Assembly (NCBI RefSeq): GCF_001936115.1
Contig: NZ_MPDM01000001.1
Span: 146,123-210,122, forward strand
Reading direction: 5' to 3'
DNA length: 64,000 bases
Origin: Boudabousia marimammalium
Lineage (GTDB): Bacteria > Actinomycetota > Actinomycetes > Actinomycetales > Actinomycetaceae
The notes under the pieces were generated by a model. The model did not search any database. It worked only from the letters and a program-made list of their open reading frames with translations, and was not told the origin of the DNA. Of this stretch, positions 1-8,313 are shown piece by piece. Every line of letters starts with the position of its first letter. Position 1 is the stretch's first letter. Position numbers and translations under genes: made by a program.

Positions 1-336
1 CCTGGCCGTGAGCGCCGGCCTTTGCAGTCTGCGCATGAGCTGGCGAAGGAACTGGTTGAGGCGATCACCGCCGACTTGGACTTCACTGGCGGCCCGGTAA
101 TCGCCATGTTGGGCGGCATGGGTGCGTCCCCGCTGTCTGAACTGTACTTGATGTATGGTGAATGCGAAGCACTGCTAGCTGAGAAGGGGATTAAAGTGGC
201 CCGTTCTTTGGTTGGCAACTATGTAACCAGCTTGGATATGGCTGGCTGTGCCCTTTCAGTATGTCGCGCTGATGATGAGATGCTGAAACTTTGGGACGCT
301 CCAGTTAAGACCGCCGGATTGCAGTGGGGAGAGTAA
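1..336 (+). CDS. dhaK: Dihydroxyacetone kinase DhaK subunit, C-terminal part (truncated by window start)
   Basis: The ORF runs off the 5' edge of the window. It is immediately followed by DhaL-like and DhaM-like genes, and its C-terminal sequence is consistent with DhaK. Confidence 0.55.
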   Translation, partial: PGRERRPLQSAHELAKELVEAITADLDFTGGPVIAMLGGMGASPLSELYLMYGECEALLAEKGIKVARSLVGNYVTSLDMAGCALSVCRADDEMLKLWDAPVKTAGLQWGE

Positions 337-340
337 AACA

Positions 341-985
341 ATGAGCGCAACAGTAGAGCAGATTCTGAAGTGGATGGATGATTACGCCGTCCTGATTCGC
401 CGTCATGCGGCTGATTTAACTGAGCTGGATCGCCTGATTGGCGACGCTGACCATGGGGCCAATATGCAGCGCGGCATGGAAGCTGTTCTGAAGTTGGAGG
501 GTAAAGAGTTCCATGATGCCTCCACTTTGCTCAAGCGCGTTGGAATGACCCTGGTCTCGTCTGTGGGCGGGTCTTCCGGCCCGCTTTACGGCACTTTCTT
601 CATCCGTATGGCGGCTGCTTTTGCCGCCGAATCGGAGGATCAGAAACTAATCAGCGCGGAGACTTTCGGTAAGGGTCTCCATGCTGGTGTCGAAGGTATT
701 GCTGCCCGCGGCAAAGCTGAGGCGGGAGATAAAACCATGCTTGACGCCTGGTATCCGGCTTTGGCTGCCTACGACAAGGCCCTCGCTGAGGGCAAGGGTT
801 TCCACGATTCCTTGGAGGCTGCGGTTTTGGCTGCAGAGCAGGGAGCGGAGGACACCATTCCGATGGTGGCGCACAAGGGTCGCGCCTCCTACCTGGGTGA
901 GCGTTCAGCCGGGGTGAAAGATCCCGGCGCGGCTTCTTCAGCTTTGCTGTTGCGTGCCGCATTCGACACCTTCACTCAGGAATAG
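341..985 (+). CDS. dhaL: Dihydroxyacetone kinase ADP-binding subunit DhaL
   Basis: ATG start at 341. It has the DhaL-type motif DADHGANMQRGM and the size and architecture of DhaL. It lies between the DhaK and DhaM genes. Confidence 0.8.
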   Translation: MSATVEQILKWMDDYAVLIRRHAADLTELDRLIGDADHGANMQRGMEAVLKLEGKEFHDASTLLKRVGMTLVSSVGGSSGPLYGTFFIRMAAAFAAESEDQKLISAETFGKGLHAGVEGIAARGKAEAGDKTMLDAWYPALAAYDKALAEGKGFHDSLEAAVLAAEQGAEDTIPMVAHKGRASYLGERSAGVKDPGAASSALLLRAAFDTFTQE

Positions 986-1219
986 TCGGAGAACATTTCC
1001 TTAGTGTTCTAGGTGTGGGCTGGTCGGGATTCTCGGCCAGCCCACATTTTTGGCCGCACGTTACCCGGTTTTCGCTGACGGGTTGCCGGGGTCATCCTCG
1101 TCCCCTCCTAGGCTACCCGTCGGAGCCGTATCTGACGGCCTGCCTTATCTGCCCCCGACCCGCCGACACTGTATCTGCCCGCCCACTATCCCGTCCCTTT
1201 GACTTTTAGGAGTTTTCCC

Positions 1220-1990
1220 ATGATTGGTATTGTTTTGGTTTCTCACTCTCACGCGCTGGCGGCCGCGGCCCGGGATTTAGCGCAAATCATGCTGCCCGAT
1301 GACGGCCCAAAGCTGCTGCTGGCGGCCGGCATTGAGGGCGGCGCGGGTTTCGGCACTGACGCGGTCGCAGTCTCTGAGGCGATCGCTGAGGCTGATAGTG
1401 GGGACGGCGTGCTGGTGCTGGTTGATATGGGTTCCGCCCTGATTTCCACAGATATGGCTTTCGAGTTCTTGGATCCGGAGCTGGCGGAGCGCACTCGCGT
1501 GGCGGCGGCTCCTTTCGTGGAGGGCCTGGTCGCCGCGGCGGTGACCGCTGCGGGCGGCGGCTCTTTGGCGGCGGTGGCGGCTTCCGCGGAGTCCGCTTTG
1601 GAGGCGAAGCGGGAGGCTCTAGCGAATTCGAGCCTTCCGGCCATGACGATTTCCGAGGACGAGGGCGAGGGTGCGGCGGCCGCTGAATCCGCGGTTTCCG
1701 CTGCACCAAGTGGTGGAGGCGATGATTCCCTCACTAAGATCCTCACCATTAATGATCCGGTCGGTTTGCATGCCCGTCCGGCAGCGGTGCTGGCCACCGC
1801 GATGGGTGAATTCGATGCGGAGATTGAGGCCTTCAATGACACGGATGGCACCGGCCCGGTCGATGCGGCTTCGGTAATGATGCTGACGACGCTGGGCGTG
1901 AAGGGCGGCGGCCAACTACGTTTAGTGGCTTCCGGCCCGGATGCGGCAGCGGCCCTCGCTAAGGCCGAGGAAGTTGTCGCCGACCTCTAG
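1220..1990 (+). CDS. dhaM: PTS-dependent dihydroxyacetone kinase phosphotransferase subunit DhaM (EIIA-Man-like plus HPr-like domains)
   Basis: ATG at 1220 is preceded by an AGGAG ribosome-binding site. The N-terminus has an EIIA(mannose)-like MIGIVLVSHS motif and the C-terminus an HPr-like GLHARPAA motif. Confidence 0.75.
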   Translation: MIGIVLVSHSHALAAAARDLAQIMLPDDGPKLLLAAGIEGGAGFGTDAVAVSEAIAEADSGDGVLVLVDMGSALISTDMAFEFLDPELAERTRVAAAPFVEGLVAAAVTAAGGGSLAAVAASAESALEAKREALANSSLPAMTISEDEGEGAAAAESAVSAAPSGGGDDSLTKILTINDPVGLHARPAAVLATAMGEFDAEIEAFNDTDGTGPVDAASVMMLTTLGVKGGGQLRLVASGPDAAAALAKAEEVVADL

Positions 1991-2005
1991 CCATAAACCG
2001 TTTAC

Positions 2006-2063
2006 GTATGAGTTATTCCCCAAAACGGGCTGTTTTTGGCCTGTTTTGGGGAATAACTCATAC
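2006..2063. terminator. Long perfect hairpin (21-bp arms GTATGAGTTATTCCCCAAAAC) between convergent dhaM and peptidase genes; bidirectional terminator
   Basis: A perfect inverted repeat is read directly from the sequence in the intergenic space between a + gene and a - gene. Confidence 0.6.
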
Positions 2064-2093
2064 ACAACTGTGGAGCTTCTGTGAGCTCAGGGT

Positions 2094-3410
2094 TCAGGCG
2101 CGAATCATGTCCAGCAGCCGAGAATAAATCCCCGCCCCATCAGTGCCAATCCCAGAATGCTGGAAAACATTAGTAATGTAGGGTTTCAAACCAATCAGCT
2201 CAGCGGTCCGAATGGACGGCTCCAGCGGCACAAAAATATCGTCATAATAGATGGCGGCCGCGCCGGGGACATCAACCTCGGCCAGAACCTCCGGCAGGTA
2301 GAGCGGCGGCCAGTCCGTGTACTGCGCCAAAGCCATGGCGGCAGGTTTCAATGCTCTGAGCGCGGGGTCCTCATCGAACTGCCAGGGGTAAATGTGTTCG
2401 CCCGTCAGATAGAACGGCTCATTAAGATTCCGCGAATCTGCATCCTCGGCGAACCCGGGAACCTCGGCCCGCATCCGGTGCGCCGCCCAGTTAGTCGCCT
2501 GCCCCGCCAAGGCTGGGGTGGCGCCCGCATAGATGGCCTCATGTATAAGGCCGTAGAGCGGCCCGCCCGCGAAGGAGAGGTCCGCGCCGATTTCGTTGAG
2601 GAAGCCGAGGGAGAGGCGCTTTTCCCCGCCCACGGTAACGAAGGGATCTTCCAGCAGGTAGCGCAGGGCGGTGAAGCCGGTGTCGCGGCCCAAGTTGATG
2701 CCCAGCATCCGGAAGCGGCGGGAGGTGAGGCGTTCACCGGTGGGAAGGAACTCTTCCACATTGTCTAGGTGATGGCAGATTTCGCGGATTCGCGCGTCAG
2801 CAAAGGGGACTTGCTGGTAGAACTCGCGGCTCCGTTTGGCGACCTTCGCGTAGGTGAGGCGATACAGTTCGTCAGCATTCTGATCAAGGGTCGGGGTGCC
2901 GCCCGTGTAGAGCACGCTGGTCAGCGCGTCAGGATGATAAGACAGGTAGGTGGTGATACAGAAACCGCCATAGGATTGGCCGCACACTGCCCAAGGTTTA
3001 CCGTCGTTAAGCTCCGCCCGGAAGGCTTCCGCATCTTCAACAATCTGGTCGGTGCGCAGCAGCCGCAAATGCTGAACCTGCGCCTCCACGTCACCGTGCG
3101 CCAGAATCGTGTGCGCATCTTGGCGGGTAGAGCGGCCGGTGCCGCGCTGATCTAGCAGCAGCACTCGGTATTCTTTAAGTAGTCGGCCAATCCAGCCGCC
3201 CTCCAGGTTCAACGGGCGCGGGCTTCTCCCGCCCGGCCCGCCCTGGAAGAACATAATGTACGGGTAATCTTCCCCGCCCGGCGGCACGATTTCACGCACG
3301 AAAACATCTAGTGTTCCCAGAGTTTTCACCGGATCGTGATGATCCCAGGGGACTTCTAGGGTGTGGTCATGAACGGTGTGGCCTTGCAGGCGCCATGTTT
3401 CAGTTCGCAT
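2094..3410 (-). CDS. S33-family prolyl aminopeptidase / alpha-beta hydrolase
   Basis: It has a GQSYGG nucleophile elbow and HGGPGG-like oxyanion region (FQGGPGG) typical of proline iminopeptidases. ATG start at 3410. Confidence 0.6.
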   Translation of the reverse strand: MRTETWRLQGHTVHDHTLEVPWDHHDPVKTLGTLDVFVREIVPPGGEDYPYIMFFQGGPGGRSPRPLNLEGGWIGRLLKEYRVLLLDQRGTGRSTRQDAHTILAHGDVEAQVQHLRLLRTDQIVEDAEAFRAELNDGKPWAVCGQSYGGFCITTYLSYHPDALTSVLYTGGTPTLDQNADELYRLTYAKVAKRSREFYQQVPFADARIREICHHLDNVEEFLPTGERLTSRRFRMLGINLGRDTGFTALRYLLEDPFVTVGGEKRLSLGFLNEIGADLSFAGGPLYGLIHEAIYAGATPALAGQATNWAAHRMRAEVPGFAEDADSRNLNEPFYLTGEHIYPWQFDEDPALRALKPAAMALAQYTDWPPLYLPEVLAEVDVPGAAAIYYDDIFVPLEPSIRTAELIGLKPYITNVFQHSGIGTDGAGIYSRLLDMIRA

Positions 3411-3487
3411 GCCGTCAGTTTACTATGATGGCCCACGATTCACGACCAAAAACAGCAGAGTCAGCGCAGCAGCATCAGCCGACAGAT

Positions 3488-4306
3488 TTACCGCCAGCCG
3501 CCCTGCCAGACCGCGTCATTCGGCATATTCAGGGGCTGACGATGATCGATCGCGTGAGTCACGAACTCACGGGCGACCGACACGGCTGCTTCCACCTCGG
3601 CCCCCTTCGCAAGCTCGGCGGTAATCGCGGCAGCCAAAGTACACCCCGCCCCATTCAAAGGTTGATCCCCGCGTTTGCGGGCCCTGAACTCGGTAATCTC
3701 GGAGCCATCCCAGAGGACGTCAACGGCGTCCTCGCCCGGCAGTCCCAGGCCGCCCTTCGCCACCACGTAGGGGACGCCCAGGTCGCCAATCGCCCGTGCC
3801 GCATCCTTCAACTCGTCCAGGGTGGTGACCTGACGGCCCGACAGTGCCTGCGTCTCAAACAGGTTCGGGGTGACCACGGTGGCGGACGGCAAAATATGCT
3901 CAATCAGCGCCTGATCCACCGCCAAAGCGGAGGACGCCTCCTGGCCTTTGCAAATCAGCACCGGATCCAAAACCACATGCTTCCACTGCTGCAAAGACAA
4001 GCCCTCAGCGGTGGCCTCAATGGAGGGAACCGTCCCCAGCATGCCAATCTTGGTTACCTCAATGGGGCGAATCTGGATGGCGGAACGAATCTGCTGCAGG
4101 ATTTGTTCAGGCGGAATCGGGAAGAAACTATGACCCCAGCCGGCATCCGCCTGGAAAGACACCAGGCAGGTGACCGCACCCATGCCGTAGACGCCCAGCT
4201 CATGGAAAGTTTTCAAATCCACGGGCAGGCCGCCAGCACCGGAGGCAGCGTTCCCGGCAATCGTCAAAGCAGTGGGGACAAAAGCAGAATCATTCACAGT
4301 TTTCAT
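3488..4306 (-). CDS. ThiD/PdxK-family kinase (phosphomethylpyrimidine or pyridoxal kinase)
   Basis: The N-terminal TIAGxxxSGGAGxxxDLKT motif and ribokinase-like fold are characteristic of the ThiD/PdxK family. Confidence 0.65.
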   Translation of the reverse strand: MKTVNDSAFVPTALTIAGNAASGAGGLPVDLKTFHELGVYGMGAVTCLVSFQADAGWGHSFFPIPPEQILQQIRSAIQIRPIEVTKIGMLGTVPSIEATAEGLSLQQWKHVVLDPVLICKGQEASSALAVDQALIEHILPSATVVTPNLFETQALSGRQVTTLDELKDAARAIGDLGVPYVVAKGGLGLPGEDAVDVLWDGSEITEFRARKRGDQPLNGAGCTLAAAITAELAKGAEVEAAVSVAREFVTHAIDHRQPLNMPNDAVWQGGWR

Positions 4307-4392
4307 GCAAAAATACTACACCGGGTAGGCAAAACCGTGACATTGCGGCCAGCTGACCGCGAACACTGGGAAATGACGGTAGAATACCCTAC

Positions 4393-5205
4393 ATGATTGG
4401 AAACACTAAAAAAGCAGTAATTCTGGCGCGTGGCCTCGGCACCCGGATGCGGGCTGAAGCTGAAGGAGCACAGCTCAATGATGAGCAGGCGAAAGCAGCG
4501 AACGCTGGCGTGAAGGGCATGATCGATGTGGGCCGCCCCTTCCTTGACTATGTGATGAGCGCCCTTGCGGACGCCGGCTGCACCGAGATTTGCTTAGTAA
4601 TTGGCCCCGAACACGACATGATGCGCGACTACTACGGCAACTTGAACTCGGAGCGAATCAACGTTCACTTCGCCATTCAGGAAAAGCCGCTGGGCACCGC
4701 TGACGCCGTGTTGGCTGCGGAAGAGTTCGCCGGCGATGACGCTTTCATCGTGGTTAACTCTGACAACTACTACTCTGCGGCGGCGCTCACCAAACTGGCC
4801 GCCCTCGACACTGCGGGCCTCCTCGGCTATGAACGTAACGCCCTGATTGAGCAGTCCAATATTCCCGCTGACCGGATTGCGGCCTTCGCCATCATGGACT
4901 ACCTGGAGGACGGCACTTTCAACGGCATCCTCGAAAAGCCTGCCCCGGAGGTTTTGGCGGCCCGCCCCGACGCCGGCATTTCCATGAACGCGTGGCGCTT
5001 CACGAAGCCTATTTTTGCGGCTTGCAAGAACATTGAGTCCTCCATTCGGGGCGAGTACGAGCTAGCTGACGCAGTCCGTTACGCTATCGATCACGGCACC
5101 CCGTTCAGCGTGGTGGATGTGGCCGAGGGCGTCCTCGACATGTCTCGCCGGACCGATATTGCGGCAGTTAAAGAGGCTCTTTCCGACGTGGTGGTAACGC
5201 TTTGA
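4393..5205 (+). CDS. Sugar-1-phosphate nucleotidyltransferase (NTP-transferase fold)
   Basis: It has the N-terminal A(I)LAxGxGTRM signature of sugar nucleotidyltransferases. Its stop codon overlaps the start of the downstream GHMP kinase (TTGA). Confidence 0.6.
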   Translation: MIGNTKKAVILARGLGTRMRAEAEGAQLNDEQAKAANAGVKGMIDVGRPFLDYVMSALADAGCTEICLVIGPEHDMMRDYYGNLNSERINVHFAIQEKPLGTADAVLAAEEFAGDDAFIVVNSDNYYSAAALTKLAALDTAGLLGYERNALIEQSNIPADRIAAFAIMDYLEDGTFNGILEKPAPEVLAARPDAGISMNAWRFTKPIFAACKNIESSIRGEYELADAVRYAIDHGTPFSVVDVAEGVLDMSRRTDIAAVKEALSDVVVTL

Positions 5206-6479
5206 ACCAATCCTTAACAGTTCCGCCCGAGCTGCTTCACGACGCGCTGCCGACCACGGCGAAGCGGGTCAGCTGGTTTGTTCCCGGGCGGATTGAAGTG
5301 CTGGGTAAACACACTGACTATGCGGGTGGGCGTTCCCTGCTGGCGGCCGCGAATGTGGGTATCACTTTCGTTGCGGAAGCTAATGACGAGGGCGTGGTGC
5401 GGATTTCTTCCGACGCCGTTGAGGGAACTGTTGAGCTGCCGCTGGCAGAAAATATTGAAGGCTACGACAACGGTCACTGGGCTGGCTACGCCCGCGCCGT
5501 AGTGACCCGTCTGGTGTTGAACTTCGGTGATCAGGTTGTGGGCGCGAATATTCACATGACGACGACCCTGCCGTTGGCGTCGGGGATGTCTTCTTCGTCC
5601 GCAATGGTGGTGGGTTTGGCCCGCTGCCTGATGGATCTGTCCGGGATTGAGTCCACTGACTTGTTCCGCCGTAATATTTCCAGTGCTGAAGAGTTCGCCG
5701 CCTATCTGGCTTGCATTGAAAACGGCATGAGTTTTGGTGAACTGGTAGGGCATCGCGGTGTTGGTACTTTTGGTGGCTCCGAGGATCACACCGCCATGCT
5801 GTGCGGCGTGGAGGATTCCCTAGTGCAGTACGCTTTCTGCCCGGTCCGTCGCGAAGCCGTAGTGCCGTTCGCCTTGGATCATAGTTTTGTGGTCGCCGTT
5901 TCTGGTGTTTTGGCGGAAAAGTCGGGTGCGGCGCGGGATGCGTACAATCGTGCCTCCCAGTCGACGCGCGACATTTTGGCGCAGTGGAATGAGCACACTG
6001 GACGTGAGGATAGTTTCCTAGCTGACGCGATTGCGGCCACCCCGGAAGCTGCGGAGCAGATCCGTGGGCTGCTGGGCGAAGGCAACTATTTGCGTAAGCG
6101 TTTCGAGCAGTTCCTGATTGAATCCGATCAGCTGGTAGTGCAGGCGGCTGACGCCCTGCTGGCCGGCGACCTGGAGGATTTCGGTCGCGTCGTGGATTTG
6201 TCTCAGCATTGGACTGACGTGGGCTTACAGAACCAGGTGGATGAGACGCGGGCTCTGGCTGCTTTGGCGCGCGAGGAAGGTGCGGTTGCTGCTTCCGCTT
6301 TCGGCGCTGGATTCGGCGGCTCCGTCTGGGCTTTAGTTCCAACCACCGAGGCGGAAGAATTCGCTGGCCGCTGGTTAGAGAAGTATATTGCCCAGTTCCC
6401 CGAGGTTGCTGGGCGGGCACACACTGTGATTACCCGCCCGGGATCTAGGGCAACCCGCCTGGAGTTAGAGCTGGCCTAG
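5202..6479 (+). CDS. GHMP-family sugar kinase (galactokinase-like)
   Basis: It has the galactokinase N-terminal signature GRIEVLGKHTDYAGG and the GHMP ATP motif PLASGMSSSSA. Confidence 0.7.
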   Translation: MNQSLTVPPELLHDALPTTAKRVSWFVPGRIEVLGKHTDYAGGRSLLAAANVGITFVAEANDEGVVRISSDAVEGTVELPLAENIEGYDNGHWAGYARAVVTRLVLNFGDQVVGANIHMTTTLPLASGMSSSSAMVVGLARCLMDLSGIESTDLFRRNISSAEEFAAYLACIENGMSFGELVGHRGVGTFGGSEDHTAMLCGVEDSLVQYAFCPVRREAVVPFALDHSFVVAVSGVLAEKSGAARDAYNRASQSTRDILAQWNEHTGREDSFLADAIAATPEAAEQIRGLLGEGNYLRKRFEQFLIESDQLVVQAADALLAGDLEDFGRVVDLSQHWTDVGLQNQVDETRALAALAREEGAVAASAFGAGFGGSVWALVPTTEAEEFAGRWLEKYIAQFPEVAGRAHTVITRPGSRATRLELELA

Positions 6480-7837
6480 AGGCCGCCGGTGTCCCCGCGA
6501 TCTTCCGCCATATTCTGGAAGCGTGAATAGTGGCCTTGGAAGATTGCACCCACGGTTCGTGTCTCACCATTACGGTGCTTAGCGACAATAATGTCGGCTT
6601 CGCCTTTGCGTTCCATGTCGTCTTCTTTGCCGTAATAGTCCGGCCGGTGCAGCAGCATAATCACGTCAGCGTCCTGCTCCAGTGAACCAGATTCACGCAG
6701 GTCAGCCATCATTGGTTTCTTGTCGTTACGCTGTTCCGGGCCACGGTTCAGCTGAGCAGCTGCCACGACCGGCACCTGTAGTTCCTTGGCCAACAGTTTC
6801 AGGTTACGTGAAATCTCTGAGACTTCCTGCTGACGCGACTCCACTCGCTTATTCGTAGTCATCAGCTGCAGGTAGTCAATCACGACCAGTTTCAGGTCAT
6901 GCTGCTGCTTGAGCCGGCGAGCCTTCGCCCTAATTTCTGGGAGCGTCAGGTTCGGGGAGTCATCAATGAACAGTGGCGCATCATGCATCCGGCCGATTCT
7001 CTTTGCCAACCGATCCCAGTCGCGGTCCTCCAGCTCTGCCCGGTTAATGGAAGACAGGAAGACCTCACTCTCCGCGGAGAGCATACGTTTCACAATTTCG
7101 TCGCGGCCCATTTCCAAGCTGAAGAAAACCGAAGCCATGCCATGATGAATTGAGGCGGAACGACAAAAGTCCAGAGCCAGCGTGGATTTACCCATCGAAG
7201 GACGAGCCGCCACAATAATCAGCTGACCCGGATGCAGGCCGTTCGTCAGCTCATCCAGACGAGCCAAACCGGTGGGCACACCAGCAGAATCCTGAGCTGT
7301 GGAAGACCCCAACAGCTCCATCATCTCATCCACCACCGGGCCAATCTGCACGAAATCCTCAGTAGTGGAATCCATTGAAACGGACATGATTTCGCGCTGC
7401 GCGGCATCAACTAGATCGTCGACATCCCCGCCCTCGTCGGCGTAACCCAACTGCACAATCTTCGTGCCCGCATTCACGAGGTTACGCAAGATAGCCTGCT
7501 CGCGGACAATATGCGCATAGTAGGTGGCGTTCGCGGCGGTCGGGACAGAAGCAATCAGGGTGTGCAGGTAGGTGGCGCCGCCAACCCGGTTGAGGTCGCC
7601 GCGGCGGTTCAGCTCCGCCGCCACAGTGATAGCGTCAGCGGGCTCACCCTTCGCGAAAAGCTCCAGTGCGACCTGGAAAATAGTGGCATGCGCGGGACGG
7701 TAGAAAGCATCAGCGGTGATGATTGCGTCCACATCCGCAATAGCTTCCTTAGACAGCAGCATGGCGCCTAGGACCGAGATTTCGGCGTCAATGTCCTGAG
7801 GTGGGGTGCGGTCGAAGCCGTCTTCTTCGGGATCCAT
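6476..7837 (-). CDS. dnaB: Replicative DNA helicase DnaB (no intein)
   Basis: It has a Walker A motif GKSTLALDF, the H4 motif and a DnaB N-terminal domain. It is full length at 453 aa. Confidence 0.9.
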   Translation of the reverse strand: MDPEEDGFDRTPPQDIDAEISVLGAMLLSKEAIADVDAIITADAFYRPAHATIFQVALELFAKGEPADAITVAAELNRRGDLNRVGGATYLHTLIASVPTAANATYYAHIVREQAILRNLVNAGTKIVQLGYADEGGDVDDLVDAAQREIMSVSMDSTTEDFVQIGPVVDEMMELLGSSTAQDSAGVPTGLARLDELTNGLHPGQLIIVAARPSMGKSTLALDFCRSASIHHGMASVFFSLEMGRDEIVKRMLSAESEVFLSSINRAELEDRDWDRLAKRIGRMHDAPLFIDDSPNLTLPEIRAKARRLKQQHDLKLVVIDYLQLMTTNKRVESRQQEVSEISRNLKLLAKELQVPVVAAAQLNRGPEQRNDKKPMMADLRESGSLEQDADVIMLLHRPDYYGKEDDMERKGEADIIVAKHRNGETRTVGAIFQGHYSRFQNMAEDRGDTGGL

Positions 7838-8059
7838 GCCTTTTCCTTCCCTAGTTGCCTATGTTGCCGGTGCTACAAGCGCCAGCGTTGCCGGCGTTTC
7901 TGGTGTTGCCAGTAATGCCAGCATTTCAACTCCACGCTACTTTTCAGGGGCGTTTTCTGGGTTTTTACCTTACACCTTCGGTTTACAGCAACTACGCTAA
8001 CCGACTGATTTAAGTTCACTCCTTTGATTATGCCTTCTCACCCGCACATAGTCGACACC

Positions 8060-8235
8060 AATAATGTGGATAATCGGTGGATAATATGTGCACGACACGC
8101 GAGGGCACTGTGGAAACAGTTGTGGGGAAAACTCGGGGTTTTTCTGACGGATTCATAAATGTATTGAGTTTTCCGCAGAATCCTCTATCCACATGTTATT
8201 AACAGGCTGTGGAAAAACACCTGTGGGTAACTGGC
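8060..8235. promoter_or_regulatory. Cluster of 7 or more DnaA-box-like 9-mers (TGTGGATAA, GGTGGATAA, CTATCCACA, TGTGGGTAA and others) in the AT-rich dnaB–MATE intergenic region
   Basis: The motifs were read directly from the sequence. TTATCCACA is the canonical DnaA box. Confidence 0.4.
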
Positions 8236-8313
8236 GAGTGGTAATTGCGACATTCCTCTTCCTCGACCCAACTCGGGTTACTCTCCGCTGGAAGCATCCG
8301 TTAGGGTGAGAGT

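Noticed and set aside
651-962. Overlapping ORFs on the strand opposite dhaL, and similar ORFs antisense to many long genes (e.g. 1287..1709, 5380..6420, 19704..20495, 36345..37001, 13957..14898, 48871..49296)
   Set aside because: They have Arg/Pro/Ala-rich low-complexity translations typical of the antisense frames of high-GC coding DNA. They lie entirely inside well-supported genes and have no ribosome-binding sites.
985-1219. 235-bp gap between dhaL and dhaM as a possible missing gene or riboswitch
   Set aside because: Only a short 64-aa ORF with no ribosome-binding site is present, and no convincing conserved structure was seen. It is treated as an intergenic spacer.
8040-8235. Possibility that the dnaB-upstream DnaA-box cluster is the chromosomal origin
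   Set aside because: The window ends in gyrA with the conserved DUF3566–tRNA-Ile–tRNA-Ala arrangement. This places the canonical dnaA–dnaN oriC a few kb beyond the 3' edge, so the cluster is treated as an accessory DnaA site pending skew analysis.
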